From contig OZ024740.1 of the NCBI GenBank assembly GCA_964016885.1, forward strand, positions 183,396,001 through 183,460,000: 64,000 bases of DNA. The letters run 5' to 3'. Below the pieces are notes generated by a model, which had not been told where the DNA came from, searched no databases, and worked only from the letters and a program-made list of their open reading frames with translations. Position numbers and translations under genes: made by a program. Below, piece after piece: positions 26,113-39,509 of this stretch. This DNA is from Eledone cirrhosa. Lineage: Eukaryota. Each line of letters starts with the position of its first letter. Within the stretch, counting starts at the first letter, position 1.

Positions 26113-27290
26113 TAATTGCACCATCTAAATCCGACCTGGGCAGACTTAGCAAAAATATTCTAGACAGAATAATACAACAAATTAAGAATTTACCTAATTT
26201 ATCTTACTTAAAATTATGGAAAGGGACTAGTAAGGTTATCGATTGGTTTAAAGAAATTAAATATAACTATCATAATAAGTTTATTCAGTTGGATATTGCT
26301 AACTACTAGTCATCTATCACTCCTAATCTACTGAATAAGGCACTAACTTACGCATTTAAACATACAGACCTAACTAGCAATGAAATGCACATTATATTAT
26401 CAGCACGGATTTAATAGAATTTAATAACCAACTCTGGACTAGGGCAGATAGAAATAATAATTTCGACATAACTATGGGATCTTCAGACTCAGCTCAGGTA
26501 ACGGACCTTGTGGGCCTATTTATAATTAATTCTCTACATAGAAAAATACCAGGTGTAACCGGAGGCTTATATCGTGACGACATGCTTTTACTTATAGAAA
26601 ATAATAGTTGTGAACTAAATAGAAAAATAAAACAAATTATACAATTTTTTAATTACCTTAATCTAAAAGTAGAAATAGAGAATAACCATAAAATAGTCAA
26701 TTTTCTAGATGTAACACTAAATCTCAACACATGTCTTCATTATCCATTTCACAAACTAAATGAGAACTTACTCTTCCACCAAAAATTTAGCGCAAAATAT
26801 TAATAGAATTAATAATAGAAATTTAAAACCTAACCAAAATACCAATAATAACGCAAGCAATATCCAATCGAATAATTGTAACTGTAGAAATAAATCCAAC
26901 TGTCCGTTAAATAACAACTGCTTAGCTAAAAATGTAGTTTATAATTGTAATGTTAAAACTAATTTAAATTCATTTAATTATGTCGGTTCTACCTCTACAG
27001 AATTTAAATCCCGCTTCAATAATCATAAAAACTCTTTTACGGATCCAACAAAAAATCTTCAACTTCGCTATCTCGCCTATTATGGGAACTAAAACGAGAT
27101 AATGTTGAATATTCGCTGATTTGGAATATTATTTCATAAGCTACTCCTTTTAACTACTCTTCAGAAAATTGTGATGTTTGTATAGAGGAAATATTCTTTA
27201 TATTAAAGACCAAAAATTCCCTTAATTTAAGGAATAATTTATTCAGGTGCTGCAGACATAGATTGAACTCAACGTTTAAATATAAATATA
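26113..27290 (+). pseudogene. PLE ORF remnant: reverse transcriptase plus C-terminal GIY-YIG endonuclease
   Basis: IAPSKSDLGRLSKNILD; FIQLDIANY; FDITMGSSDSAQVTDLVG; LYRDD; VNFLDVTL; CNCRNKSNCPLNNNCL..VVY..YVGSTSTEFKSRFNNHKNSF; CDVC; CCRHR. Contains stops, frameshifts and an internal deletion after the RT. Confidence 0.9.
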
Positions 27291-27447
27291 AATTTTAAAT
27301 GTAGTATAATTAATTAAGTAATTTGGTTAATATATGAAACCTGTCGATAAATCATTAGATTCCTTCACCTTTTTCATTTTCTTTGGTTAAGTACTCAAGT
27401 ATAAATTTTCTTCCTAAATATGAATAGAAATATAATAAACTATTCTA

Positions 27448-27838
27448 GAAAAGTTTATCCTTTCAATATTTTGAATGAAATATACGTAAGATAAATCTCT
27501 ATACTAAATATATTAAACATATTTTTTTAGCTTAAAATATTCTATAATATTTTAAAATATTTTAATATTTTGATATCTGTAGAATCCTTGTTTTTTAAGT
27601 TATATTGTTATAATATTTTATTTATTTTTCATTAGGTTTGTTTTTATTCTGATAGCTTCTCATAATTTTCAAAAGTTTATCCTTTCAATATCTTGATTAA
27701 AATATACGTAAGATAAATTTCTATACTAAATCTATTAAACATATTATTTTAGCTTGAAATATTCTATAATATTTTAAAATATTTTAATATTTTGATATTT
27801 GTAGAATTCATTTGCCTTTTAAGTTATATTGATATAAT
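27448..27838. repeat. Direct duplication of about 165 bp inside the PLE 3' region (27448-27613; 27671-27838)
   Basis: aaaagtttatcctttcaatat..tatacgtaagataaat..ttttaagttatattg occurs twice. Confidence 0.85.
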
Positions 27839-28853
27839 TATATTTCCAAAATATAATCCTTTTGTATTTTATATACTAAATTGTACTACGTAATATATTG
27901 ATGTATACTTATCTCTATACGATTATGTATCTATATATGTGTATTAACATACATATACATGTGTTATATGCTTTTTATGAGTATATGTCTGTCTGTATAT
28001 ATGCATGAGTGACGCGTGTCTACCAATTGGGTGGAGATGCACACACATATTTATATATGTATAGCTAAGAATTGTGTGTGGGCATGCTTACCCATGCAGT
28101 TTTGATTGCAGATATGCATAATTTAACAGCCATAAATGCATGAAAGTTAATCCTATATATTTATATATATATACTAAGAATTTTATTTAATAACACAAGG
28201 AATATATAGCAGTAATAAAACAATCACTTATGCTTTGTATGTTATTGTTATATGCGGGAGTAGATATAATGTGTATTTTCCGAGTGTGTGTGTATATATA
28301 TATTTATGTATCTTTGCCTATGTGTACGTGATATACGATAGGTAATTTCTCTAGCAATATATATATTTTGTAATGTTTAAATTCCAATTTTTAATATATT
28401 GATCTCAATTTTTAAACTAAATATCTAATCATAATTAAACAATGATTCATTTCTCATGTTATATATGAATATTCCATTCATGAATATTAATATTTCTAAT
28501 TTTATTTATTCATTTCATCTCAAATGTTAACTCAACTTAATATGACATGACTTAAGGTTTTCGTTCTCTCCCCCTCTCTCTATCTCTATATTTCTCTCTC
28601 TTGAGTTTTCTCTCTCTGTCTGGTGGTTTGATATCTCTCTGTTGTTTTCATCTGTTTTCTTTTTTTCTTTTCTTTCTTCTTTTTGCTTTATTTATCTATC
28701 CCTTTCTTTTCTCTCTATCTCTCCGCCTTTTTACTTATCCTTAACACAACAACTTACTAAAATAAACAAACCACTATCCTGATGTCGTCCAAAAGTAATG
28801 GTCGCATTTTGAAAGGGTACGTCAATGTTTATTTATAAAACTGGTATATATTG

Positions 28854-28918
28854 TATTTTGTCTGATGAAGGCATACCATAATTTAACTTGGTATCCTTGA
28901 AATATGTATAATGAAATA
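28854..28918 (+). ncRNA. Minimal hammerhead ribozyme motif (PLE 3' pseudo-LTR)
   Basis: tattttgt-CTGATGA-aggcatacca..tggtatcctt-GAAA-tatgta-TA-atgaaata. Confidence 0.75.
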
Positions 28919-29237
28919 AATATGGTTTTAATAATATATTTTCAATTTGTTAATATCGTATATCTACTCCAAATACTTGTCGAGTGCTTTATATCAGTTA
29001 TAAAAATATTTGCTTGTTGTATCCCAACAATTTAAATAGAACTTTTGCATATATAACAAATAGTTTGTCGCTTTACATGGCTGAATACAATAAATGTAGT
29101 CTGAGTTTTGGGAATATTAATGATAATATTCAATTTGTTTGCAATTATGCAATCAGCCTATTTAAGCCATGTCAGTAGAATGACTACGTCATTCTTGCTC
29201 TTGTGTTGGCATGATAGAACCTGAGACCAATAGACCA

Positions 29238-32200
29238 CCATCATCATCATCATCATCATCACCGTTTTACGTCCGTTCTTCCATGCTAGCATGGGTTAGA
29301 CGGGTTGTCCTGTTGTGGGCAGTGTCTAGTCGGCTAACCATGCCTTGCTCATACAGGAACTGATTCTGGCTTGATTTCTACAGCTGGATGCCCTTCCTAA
29401 CACCTACCTCATTTACAGTGAGTGCTGGGTGCTTTTATCCGTGGCGCCTACACGTCCACTTTACAGTTTGGGCTGGGTGCTTTTTTGCCGTGGCACCTCC
29501 ACGACCACTTTGCAGTGGGAGGGTGTGGAGGCATATTGTCTATATGCTTCAGCTTGTACCCATGGGAGGTCAGGTACTCTGTCTTACTGCGTGACCCCAG
29601 AGGTCACGGTCGTGTGTCATCGCCTTTGAGAGGTGTAATTGGGTAAGGTCGGCTTTTATCACCTCATCCCTGGTCTTTTTTGGTCTCCCCACTCCACGGT
29701 TTCCATTGACTTCTAGTGCTCTGCACCTTTTTATGCAGCTGTCATCCTTCATACGCATCACATGTCCATACCAACGCAACCGCCTCTCCTGCACACAGCA
29801 TTTGATTCCTCTTACGCTCAGTTTCTCTCTCAATTCATTTATGCTTTGCCGTTCGCGTATATTACACATCCATCGGAGCATGCAAGCTTCGTTTCTTTCT
29901 AATCTACGTAAGTCTTCCACCTTCAGCGCCCAGGTCTCACTACCATGTAACATTGCTGTTCGGATACGCGCATCATACAGTCTGCCTTTCATTTTGAGGG
30001 AGAGGCCTTTTGTAGCTAGCAGTGGCAGTAGTTCCCTGAACTTCTTACATCCCGTTCTTACCCTAGTTATTGTACTTTCTGAACACTCACCTCCGCTGCT
30101 AATTCGGTCATCTAGGTAGCAGAAGCTGTCTACTGTTTCTACAGAGCCCTCCCAGAGATTGGTGGTACTTGTTTCCTGTGGCTGTTTGCTACTTACTGTC
30201 CCAACACAGCTGCTACATGTGAAGCCTACATTCTTAATTAAGCTTCCTGAATTACCGCTACATCTCTTGTGTACCCATTGTTTGCATTTGGGGCAGATAA
30301 TTGAGTTCCTAACTACACCTTTCCTACATACTGAGCCATGCCATTTACCTGAGGGGATCTGGGTTCTGTTTTCTCGTCTACTTACAAGGACCTTAGTCTT
30401 TGTCATGTTGTCTTTGAGACCCTTTCTTTCTAGTCCCTGCTTCCAAGTTTGAAATGTCTTCTCTAGTTCTACAATAGATTCAGCTATAAGTGCGAGGTCA
30501 TCTGCATACATGAGTTCCCATGGGCATCCGGTCTTAAACTTCTCCATTATTGCCTGTAGGACTATGATGAACAGAAGAGGGCTAAGAACAGAGCCCAGGT
30601 GGACATCAACCTGTACGCTAAATTCCGCGCTATACTCATTGCTAATCCTAACTTTGCTGCCTGCTCCCCTATACATGGCTTGTACAGCTTTCACAAGCCA
30701 TTCATCTACTCCTAGTTTTCTAAGAGTCCACCAGATTATAGCACATGGAACTCTGTCAAAGGTTTTCTCGAGATCGACGAATGCCAGGTAAATTGGCTTA
30801 CTTTTAGCTAGGTACTTTTCCTGTAACTGCCTCACAAGGAAGAGGGCATCAGTGCTGCCTCTTCCTGGTACAAACTCAAATTGCATCTCATCTAGTTTCA
30901 CCCGGTCCCTAATCAACTGTGCTATAACTCTTTCTGTTACTTTCATGACCTGGTCCATCAGCTTTATACCTCTATAGTTTCCTCTATCTAGTGCATCACC
31001 TTTACCTTCGTAGCAGTTGACATTGATGCTACTGCACCAATATTTTGGTATGACACCTTCTAGTATTACTTGATTAACAATACGTGTGGTTATAGTGTGA
31101 CCTACAGACCCAGATGCCTTCAGCATCTCGGCAGCTATACCTGGTGGACCGGTTGCCTTCCCCATCTTCATATGTTTGATTGCCTTACTTAATACGCTGC
31201 TGCTGATTTGTACTGCTGGCCCCTCTATAGGGTATATTTGGGGTAGGGTCTCTTCTTCCTATGCATTCTCCTCATTTAATAATCTATCATAATGGCTCTT
31301 CCATGCATCTTTCTTCTCAGCACTTGTGAGGGCAAGCTCACCTTTATCATTCCGGATACACTTCTCTTCAATGACATAACAATTCTCTCTTACACACTGC
31401 CTCGCAATCCTGAACACCTCCTGTTTCTGGTCCTCACGTTGCAAAACATGCTTGAATTTTTTATCCTCTGCTTGACGCCTAGAATCCCTCTTGGTCTCTA
31501 TGTAATGTACCCTGCTTCCCCCGTTCTTCAATTCTTTCCATGCCTGTCTCTTGGCCTTAACTGCCTCATCTACCTTATTGTTCCACCACCATGTCACTCT
31601 CCTCCTGCTTGTGGTCTTACTCCTGCCACAGATCTCATCCGTCGCCTCTAGTAAGTTATTTTTTAGGAACTCCCAGTGCTCTTCTACATTGAATGTCTCT
31701 ATCTGTTCTTCTTTACTGTCGTAGGCGTTGAGTAAAAATCTTTAAATCTGTTACTGGCTCAGGGGTCTTTCAGTTTTCAGATCTTTCTTCTCCAAGTTGG
31801 CCTCTGTTTCCAGGTTCGTCTAGTTCTGACCGTGAGGTCACTGACAACTAAGCTATGTTGGGAGATACATTCCTCACTAGGGAAGGCTTTTGTGTTTACA
31901 ACCGTCCATCTGTCACGTCCTCTGATGAGGATAAAATGTATCTGACTAGAATGCTCCCCTGATCTAGAGGTGATTAGGTGATTGTCGGGTTTTTTGAAGT
32001 TTGTGTTACATATCGACATGTCATTGGCATCACAGAATTCTAGAAGACTGAATCCTTCTTCATTTCTTGTGCCAACCCCATGGCCTCCATGGACTCTATT
32101 GAAGCTGTCACAGTGTCTACCTACGTGTCCGTTAAAATCTGCAATGATTAGGAAGTCATTGTTGTTTGTTAAAGCAGTAGTGTGCATTAGGGACTCGTAA

Positions 32201-32660
32201 AACCTATCCTTATGTTCGTCTGGCAACCCCGATTGGGGTGCGTAAGCTGATATTGTGGTAATTGTTTTATTTAGGACTAGTCTAAGTTTAATGATTCTTG
32301 CATTTACCCTGTTCACTGAGATTACTTAATCTACCCACTTGTCAGTTAGTAAAATACCTACATCACCCATCCCATTGTCATTTCCCACCCAGAAAAAATT
32401 GTAGCACTGACTTTTTCCTACAAGGACTTTAGCAGACTCTCCTCTCCATCTAGTCTCTTGCACACAGCACACATCAATTTCCCTTCGCTCTAGCATCTCT
32501 ACTATTTCTCCTGCTCTTCCTTTCATTGTGCTTACATTGATGGTACCAACTCGGAGTTTTGGGCATTTGTCAACATTCGTAGGGAAGGGTCGATTTTTGT
32601 CTCTGAATTGGGGCTTCACATGGGTGCTTGGTAGCTCGTGAATTCATATTGCATCATTTT
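29238..32660 (-). mobile_element. Near full-length RTE-clade LINE (APE endonuclease plus RT), frameshifted
   Basis: ORFs 32326-32619 (VGTINVSTMKGR..VQETRW), 31777-32316 (AYAPQ, DFNGHVG), 31259-31597 and 29570-31171 (AFVDLEK.FD, LMYADDL, YLDD, HGSETW); (GAT)n tail at 29238-29261. Confidence 0.95.
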
Positions 32661-33715
32661 CTATAGCCTTCAGAAATGTTTGGTCGATAATCTTTATATG
32701 TTATCTGAGATATATCTGTGTTATACCTAAGGAAATTTATATCAAATTCACTTCTTCCCATGAACCCAGAGACAAGATCTCGCTGGTATAAATAAACTCA
32801 CACACCTTTAGGCATAATAAATATTTAAAAACCTTTACTTTATTATCTTACAGTTCAGACAAAATTTAACTATATATAACACAAAAATTAAGACGTAAAA
32901 AATAGCTTAAGATTTACACAGATAAATGGAAAAATTAATTATGTGTAAATGATTATATAAGGCTTAAAAATCAGTATTTTTCTTTTTAATCTTGTCGCTG
33001 TTTTTACTGTTTTAGATATTTCCATACTTGTAAAGATATGATGGCTCACATTTTGGGATGATTGTTTTGACAGCTAGATTTATATTTGTATGATATAAAA
33101 TTGGTATCTATTTTCTTTGTTCTATCATGTTAAATGTAGTAAGGTACTAACAGCAAATTTTATTAGGTGTCAATGCCTAGTTCCAGTGATTTCCAATTAG
33201 TTGCTGCATCAGATTGTAAATAGCTGCATTGTTCTAGCATTTCCAATTATCTGACAGGTGCAAACTGAATTTTTCAAATGTACCAATGTGGAAAGGGACA
33301 AACTGCTATTGTTCATTCAGATCATATTGAGATAGGCTATTTGTGAGGCCAGCAGATAAGGATACCATTAATCAATGAAAGCAGTCAGCAACAGATTGTT
33401 GAAGGGTTTCTGAAGATAGATAATAGAGTAGATTTGATAAGATATTGTAAAGATATAGTGATAGAAGCTATAGATTCGAGGAGGCATTAGCCAACAGATC
33501 AGAAGAGACAGTTAAAAAAGGTATGCTACTGATGTCTTTAATCATTTCTTTACTGTGAAACATAAGGATGCAAAAGCTGTTTGATAGGGTGTAGGTGGTA
33601 GAGATGCAACATGATAATAAAGTTATAATTAAATTTTTGACAGACAACAACAAGTGTTTGTTATTCAATCCCAAGTGGATATATGTGGCTTTTCAGCAAC
33701 AGCGTGCCTGATTGT

Positions 33716-33907
33716 TTTAGGTGGATTGGCACTATCGGTAGAGGGTCGGACGCCATACTTTCAAGCATAGTTACGTCCCTTTATGATCTGAGTTCAAATC
33801 CCGCCGAGGTTGACTTTGCCTTTCATCCTTACGGGGACGATAAAATAAAGTACCAGTAATGCACTGGGTAATTGCTGGCCTTGTGCCTAAAGTAGAAACA
33901 ATTATTT
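33716..33907 (+). mobile_element. tRNA-derived SINE (Meta-domain-like), young copy
   Basis: ggcactatcggtaga A-box-like, GAGTTCAAATCC B box, gactttgcctttcatccttacgggg.cgataaa..gtaccag; near-identical copies at 35174-35362 and 60317-60502. Confidence 0.85.
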
Positions 33908-34327
33908 ATTAATTGGAGATGATGGACTTTAGCATTTACCTCCATGGCTTACCATGACTGAAAAGGTAGAGTGTTGCAAAAACTACATGAGATATTGTTA
34001 GCTTTGCATGGTTTGGCAAGAAGAAAATTTCTTGATCAGCCCTATTAGTTTCAATGATTCAGCTTTGACAAATGGTTGAGAAGTTTAATTCACTATCATT
34101 AAGTAATAAGTTCGATTACACTGCATGACATCTTATGCAAATATTTTTTACCAAAGTTTCATATCAACGCAGGCCTTCTCAGTGAAATTCACTAGGCAGA
34201 AATTGTTTGAAAGTTCATCATATGACTGTATTTGTAATTCAATGGACCAGCTTTGTTATTTGCTGCTTTACACTGAATCTCCATGAGACTTATGTTACAG
34301 TTACTCAATCTGTGTAATTCTGAGCCA

Positions 34328-34735
34328 CTATGTTGGTCCCACAACATCCAGGCCGAAACAAATGAGATCGTGTAGGTGTCACGACAAAAAACACACAGTC
34401 CACGCTGTAAATGTGGCCGTGTAGGCAACACGGTAAAAACCTCCCAGCCCCACACTGTAAATGTGGTTGGTGTTAGGAAGGGCATCCAGCTGTAGAAAAC
34501 CCGCCAGACAGTCCACGCTGTAATGTGGCCGTGTAGGCAACATGGTAAAAACCTCCCAGCCCCACACTGTAAATGTGGTTGGTGTTAGGAAGGGCATCCA
34601 AGTGTAGAAAACCCGCCAGACAGTCCTATGCGAGCAAGACAACCACTCTTGCCTCAAGTGGGAAAACCCCCGTCCAAACCCATGCAAGCGTGGAACACGG
34701 ACGCTAAACCTGATGATGATGATGATGATGATGAT
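34328..34735 (+). mobile_element. 5'-truncated RTE insertion consisting only of 3' UTR and (GAT)n
   Basis: Nearly identical to the reverse complement of 45290-45698. Confidence 0.92.
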
Positions 34736-34889
34736 ACATCATGAGCATGCTGTCAGCTAGCTCAAGAATACAACAATTAATTTATACCTTTACATTATTG
34801 AAGTAAATGACAGATATCATATCCACAAATTGTCTAATATTTAAACATTAAAATAATAATTCATGAATTTCAAGCATTAAATTTTAATA

Positions 34890-35063
34890 CAGGTAAAATT
34901 CCGTTTTAACGAATACCAATATAACAAATTTTTCAGTATAATGAATTTTTTTTCACTCCCCGGCTACATGCTCGATGTATTAGGTCAATCTTCTTATAGA
35001 GAATTTTTCATTTCAATGAATTTTTACTATACCAATGAATTTTGTATTAACGGAATTTCAATG
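34890..35063. mobile_element. Tc1/mariner-pogo-type MITE
   Basis: TA|caggtaaaattccgttttaa ... ttaacggaatttcaatg|TA: imperfect TIRs with a TA duplication. Confidence 0.6.
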
Positions 35064-35173
35064 TAATTATTAGCTATTTCATTTTTTCTTTTTCATAAAG
35101 TTAACTTCTTTATTGTACTGTAAAATGATATGTTAACCATTTCATTACCAAATTTGTAAAGTCATTTTGAAAA

Positions 35174-35362
35174 TAATTGTTTCTACTTTAGGCACACGGC
35201 CAGCAATTACCCAGTGCATTACTGGTACTTTATTTTATCGACCCCGTAAAGATGAAAGGCAAAGTCAACCTCGGCGGGATTTGAACTCAGATCGTAAAGG
35301 GACATAACTATGCTGGAAAGCATGGCGTCCGACCCTCTACCGATACTGCCAATCCACCTAAT
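35174..35362 (-). mobile_element. tRNA-derived SINE (same family as 33716-33907)
   Basis: Reverse-complement match to 33716-33907. Confidence 0.85.
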
Positions 35363-37199
35363 CAAAACTGTGGAGGGATTTAGTGATGTAAGTAGCATTC
35401 TCATTATTAAATTGATAGTTAATTGGATTTATTATATGTGTTTATTACTGGTCTTGTGCCAAATGTAGAAACAATTATATGTGTTTATATTTGTGTATAT
35501 ATTTTCATTCCAAAAGAATTGTGAAGAATTGGTGATGTTATTTATACAACTGTAAATAAAAGAAAATTGATGGTAAAACATAAGAGAAAAATAAATTGAA
35601 CTTTGTAACTTTACATAAAGATTTATACATAAAATTATGGTAGAATGTTTCTAGATACAAAGTTTTGTATTTTAGAACCAGGGGCCGTTTGGAGTAATTT
35701 GGTATCAAAACAGTTAAACAGTTTAGAATCATTGAATACAAAAATATTTGTTTTATGCTGCAGTATTTAAAGTCTATAGACACTGAATATTGAAAGAATA
35801 GCTATTCATCTGGTGTATTCCGAATAAGAAGGCATCAACACATTGTTCGACCTGCTAGAAATAGCAGCTAAATACTACTCTGCTGTCTTAAAGAATGAAG
35901 TATAATGAGGTCTTAGTTTCACTGCACAGAAGAAAAAAAATGGAATATCTTTGCTCAACTAGCAGAATTGACTTGGGTCATAACATTTTTATTACCGTTT
36001 TTGTGTGTGTATGAGTGAGAGAGAGAGAGGGGGGGAGTAGAATCGACTTTAGTACTTAACAGGTGTTATATTTATTAACCTCAGCAGGATGAAAGATAAT
36101 TTGAACTTAGAATACTAACAACCAATACAACAGCAAATAAATTCCTCAGGAATGTATTCTGTTTTCTAATCATTAATGCAGTCACCTAAAATAGGATAGA
36201 TCAAGGTTTGAGTCTCATTGTAGAGCTTGTCATTTTTATGAGGCAAGAGAGTTTATATGTGATAGATGAATCTGCTAGAAGTAGAAGTAAAATCTCTGGG
36301 GTTTTTTTCCTTTCTTTTTATTTTTTTTAGACACAAGAGAGACACATTAGATATTGTCGCTTTAAATATACCCTCTAAAGACAAAGATAGGATGGTCAAG
36401 GCTGAAATGGCTTCAATTAGAAGTTTATTTCACCAAAGTTCTAGTCCTGTATAAGTTATTTCTATAATAAAATGAATGAATATATATATATATTAAATGA
36501 TATATTATTAGATAATGTAATCTAGGATACAATATTGCTGAATAAAATCAAATCTTTACAAATTGAATGCCTTTGATAATCAGCCTGCTGAACTAAAGCA
36601 ATATTCTCTGTTACCTCCAACCAGTCTTGGAAGCCCTGAAAAAAGTAAAGGACATTTCCCGCCCAACAATAATTATGAAGAAAAAGAGAATGTTTGTAAA
36701 TAATATTGTAATTTACTTGTATAATGGAAATTATATTGTAAATTATATAGCTTTCACAGTCAAATTGATTAATAAATTATTGATGCATTAATGGTGTTTT
36801 GGTTCAATGTAATATTGTTCTACAGAATCTTTCTATAGATCTTTAGTAAATAATTGGTGCAATAGACAGATAAAAACACCCTATCTTTATACTTCTGTCC
36901 ACAAAGATATTGTATATAAAGACAAGTTGTTTAATGTGTCTATTACATGCTGTGTTGGTTAAAAGATCTATAGACACATTCTATACTAAAGTATAGCATT
37001 AGTGCATCAGTAATATATATAGTTTTTAGTTTGAAAAGTTTTAGGTAAACTTATTTTTCTCTCAAATCATTATCCATCTTACTCTGTTCATGTGCATATG
37101 TGTGTGTGTTTATATATATATATATATGTATATAACCCATGCTAGGCTGGAAAATAGACGTTAAACGTCGATAATGATGATGATGATGATATATATATT

Positions 37200-37318
37200 C
37201 ATTTTATTAAGGCTAAATGGTGAGGGGCATCTGACAAGAACATTCTTGTCTGATGACCGTGTGATAATCAGGTGAAACTCCAGGATAACAAGACTCACGA
37301 TTTAGCCTTAATAAAATG
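37200..37318 (+). mobile_element. 119-bp element with 19-bp inverted ends and an internal hammerhead-like motif
   Basis: cattttattaaggctaaat / atttagccttaataaaatg; tcttgt-CTGATGA-ccgtgtgataatcaggt-GAAA-ctccagga-TA-acaaga at 37244-37293. Confidence 0.7.
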
Positions 37319-37419
37319 ATTAAAACTCTACTTTGGTATTGAGTACTTTTTTTTTTCTCAGCTGTCAACCACAAACAGATATATATATATACTGTGACAA
37401 ATCCTCGATATTAGTGATC

Positions 37420-38590
37420 AAGAAAGCCACCCTGACACTGGAAAATGGGAAAACTGCAGGGCCGGACAAAATACCAGCAGAAGCCATCAAAGCAGACATA
37501 GAGACAGCTGTCAACATGCTACACAGTCTCTTCAGTAATATCAAGGAGAAGAAAGATGTTCTGACCCAATGGAAGGAAGGGATCATCATCAAACTGCCTA
37601 AAAAAGGTGACCTCAGGGATCATACTCCTGCCATTGCAGGGCAAGGTTCTTAATAGATAACTACTTTAGAGGATAAGGGAAGCATTCGACCCCAAGCTCC
37701 AGGATCAGCAGGCAAGATTCCACAGGAACAGATCCTGAGCTGATCATATCACCAGCGTATGCATCATTGTGGTACAGTCACTGGAGCTGAATTCTCCACT
37801 CTACATCAACTTGATAGACGATGAGAAAGCACTCAACAGTGTGGACAGAGGGACAACGTGGAAACTACTGATGGACTACAGAGTACCTGAGAAGATTATC
37901 TCCCTCATCTGGTGCACTTACCAAGGCATGAGCTGTAAGATTGCCCATGCTGGACACCTGTCAGAGAGTCTTGTGGTGAAGGCTGGAGTTCATCAGAGGT
38001 GCTTGCTGTCCATGTTCCTCTTCCACCTGGTTATTGACTGGATAATGAAACCCGCTACAACAGACAGGAACAATGGTATATACATTGGACAGCTTGGACA
38101 CAATTGGATGACCTCAAGTTTGCTGATGACATTGCACTCTTGTCACACAGTTACGACCAGATACAGGACAAGACTTCATGCATGGAGCCCATGTCCGACA
38201 GGGCAGGGCTTAAGATAAACAAGAAGAAAAACCAAGCTGATGAAGATGAACACCACAGTACATTGGTGGAAAGCCCATCAGAGCGGCAGAATGATATGTC
38301 TACCTGGAAAGTGTGGTTGATCAATGTGGAGGAATCAATCACAGAAACATCAACAGCCAGGATTGGCAAGGCAAGAGCAGCGTTCATCATGCTAAAGAAC
38401 GTCTGGGCATCAAAAGAGATCTGCCCAAGAACTAAACTTCACATCATCAAAGGTCGTACTGCAATATGGATGTGAAACTTGGGGAACAACAAAGGAGATG
38501 AATTAGAAGAGCGAGACATTCTTCAGCACCTGTCTGATAAGCATCTACAAAATCAAATAGCTAGAGAAGATCAGAAATGAAGATCTGTGA
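37420..38590 (+). mobile_element. Degraded RTE-clade LINE RT fragment (second family, no Zn-finger insert)
   Basis: LENGKTAGPDKIPAE..WKEGIIIKLPKKGDL; GVHQRCLLS; DDLKFADDIALL; ARIGKARAAF. Confidence 0.85.
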
Positions 38591-39422
38591 GTGCTGGTGC
38601 CATAAGATAGTGCACCCACTACAATGTAAACTGGGCATAACCAATCATAAAAAAAACTTCCAAACCAAAAAGGACTCTTCAGTTTTGTTAAAGGCATGCC
38701 AACCTTCTTAGTGATGGTGCTGAAATAAAATGCACTATGTGTACTCTGCAGTGATCTGAAAGGTCAGTACTTTAAATTAAAAACTTGGACAATATTGGTG
38801 GCACAAAGAGATGAGACTGGTATGCATGGGTGACTGCTGCTCTTTCACAAAAGATACAGTGTCTGGTCGTACGTTTGAGGGAATCTTTCTTGGTGTGAAA
38901 CCCATGGTCATTTATGACCTAAGTGGGGTCATTTTATGAATGAGTTTAAGACACTACAATAACATTGAATTGTTGAGTACCACTAAATTCAATAAAATAA
39001 TTACTATAAACTTGTAAAAGGGAATAAATTAATATCCTTTGATGAAGAGAAGTCTAGTGAAATGGTGTAGGCAGAACCGTTCTCTGAAAAAGGGATTTGA
39101 CAGAAATTTTAGGCATATTTTCTTTCTCATTGCAAAAATAATTTCTTCCTCTTAATAAATTTTTCATATTTTCTACATGCTAAAGCAGACCATCATTAGC
39201 CTTCTCAGATTCTATTGTTCCATTGGTTTTGACCTGTGTATTATAGTTACAATGACATAAGAAGAGACATGGAACAAATGCTTCTAGATCTGTCTGCTTA
39301 TTTTATGTGTATTTTAAATTCTTAAGCATTTTCTGAATAGTGTATATGCTGAGTGAATCAACATTACAAGACAAACTGAAGATTATCAAATTCTTTTTAT
39401 AGTGATTTATCTCAAATATAAT

Positions 39423-39500
39423 AAATCTATTTATGACAGAACAAGGTTGAGAATGACTACAGGTAATCATTCTCAGCCTTGTTCTGTCATAAATAGATTT
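39423..39500. repeat. 78-bp near-perfect hairpin
   Basis: aaatctatttatgacagaacaaggttgagaatga / tcattctcagccttgttctgtcataaatagattt. Confidence 0.9.
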
Positions 39501-39509
39501 AATCATTTG

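Larger units (their letters stand above)
25801..28959 (+). mobile_element. Penelope-like element with inverted terminal (pseudo-LTR) repeats of about 305 bp
   Basis: 25801-26110 is the reverse complement of 28657-28959; internal RT plus GIY-YIG remnants; (TA)n on the left flank. Confidence 0.9.

Noticed and set aside
29706-30791. Plus-strand ORFs overlapping the RTE (also 46081-48061)
   Set aside because: Antisense shadows of the RTE coding frame
33050-33700. Possible very old PLE RT remnant on the minus strand (also 19400-20060)
   Set aside because: Only faint motifs (FID..ILICWPH); too degraded to support a call
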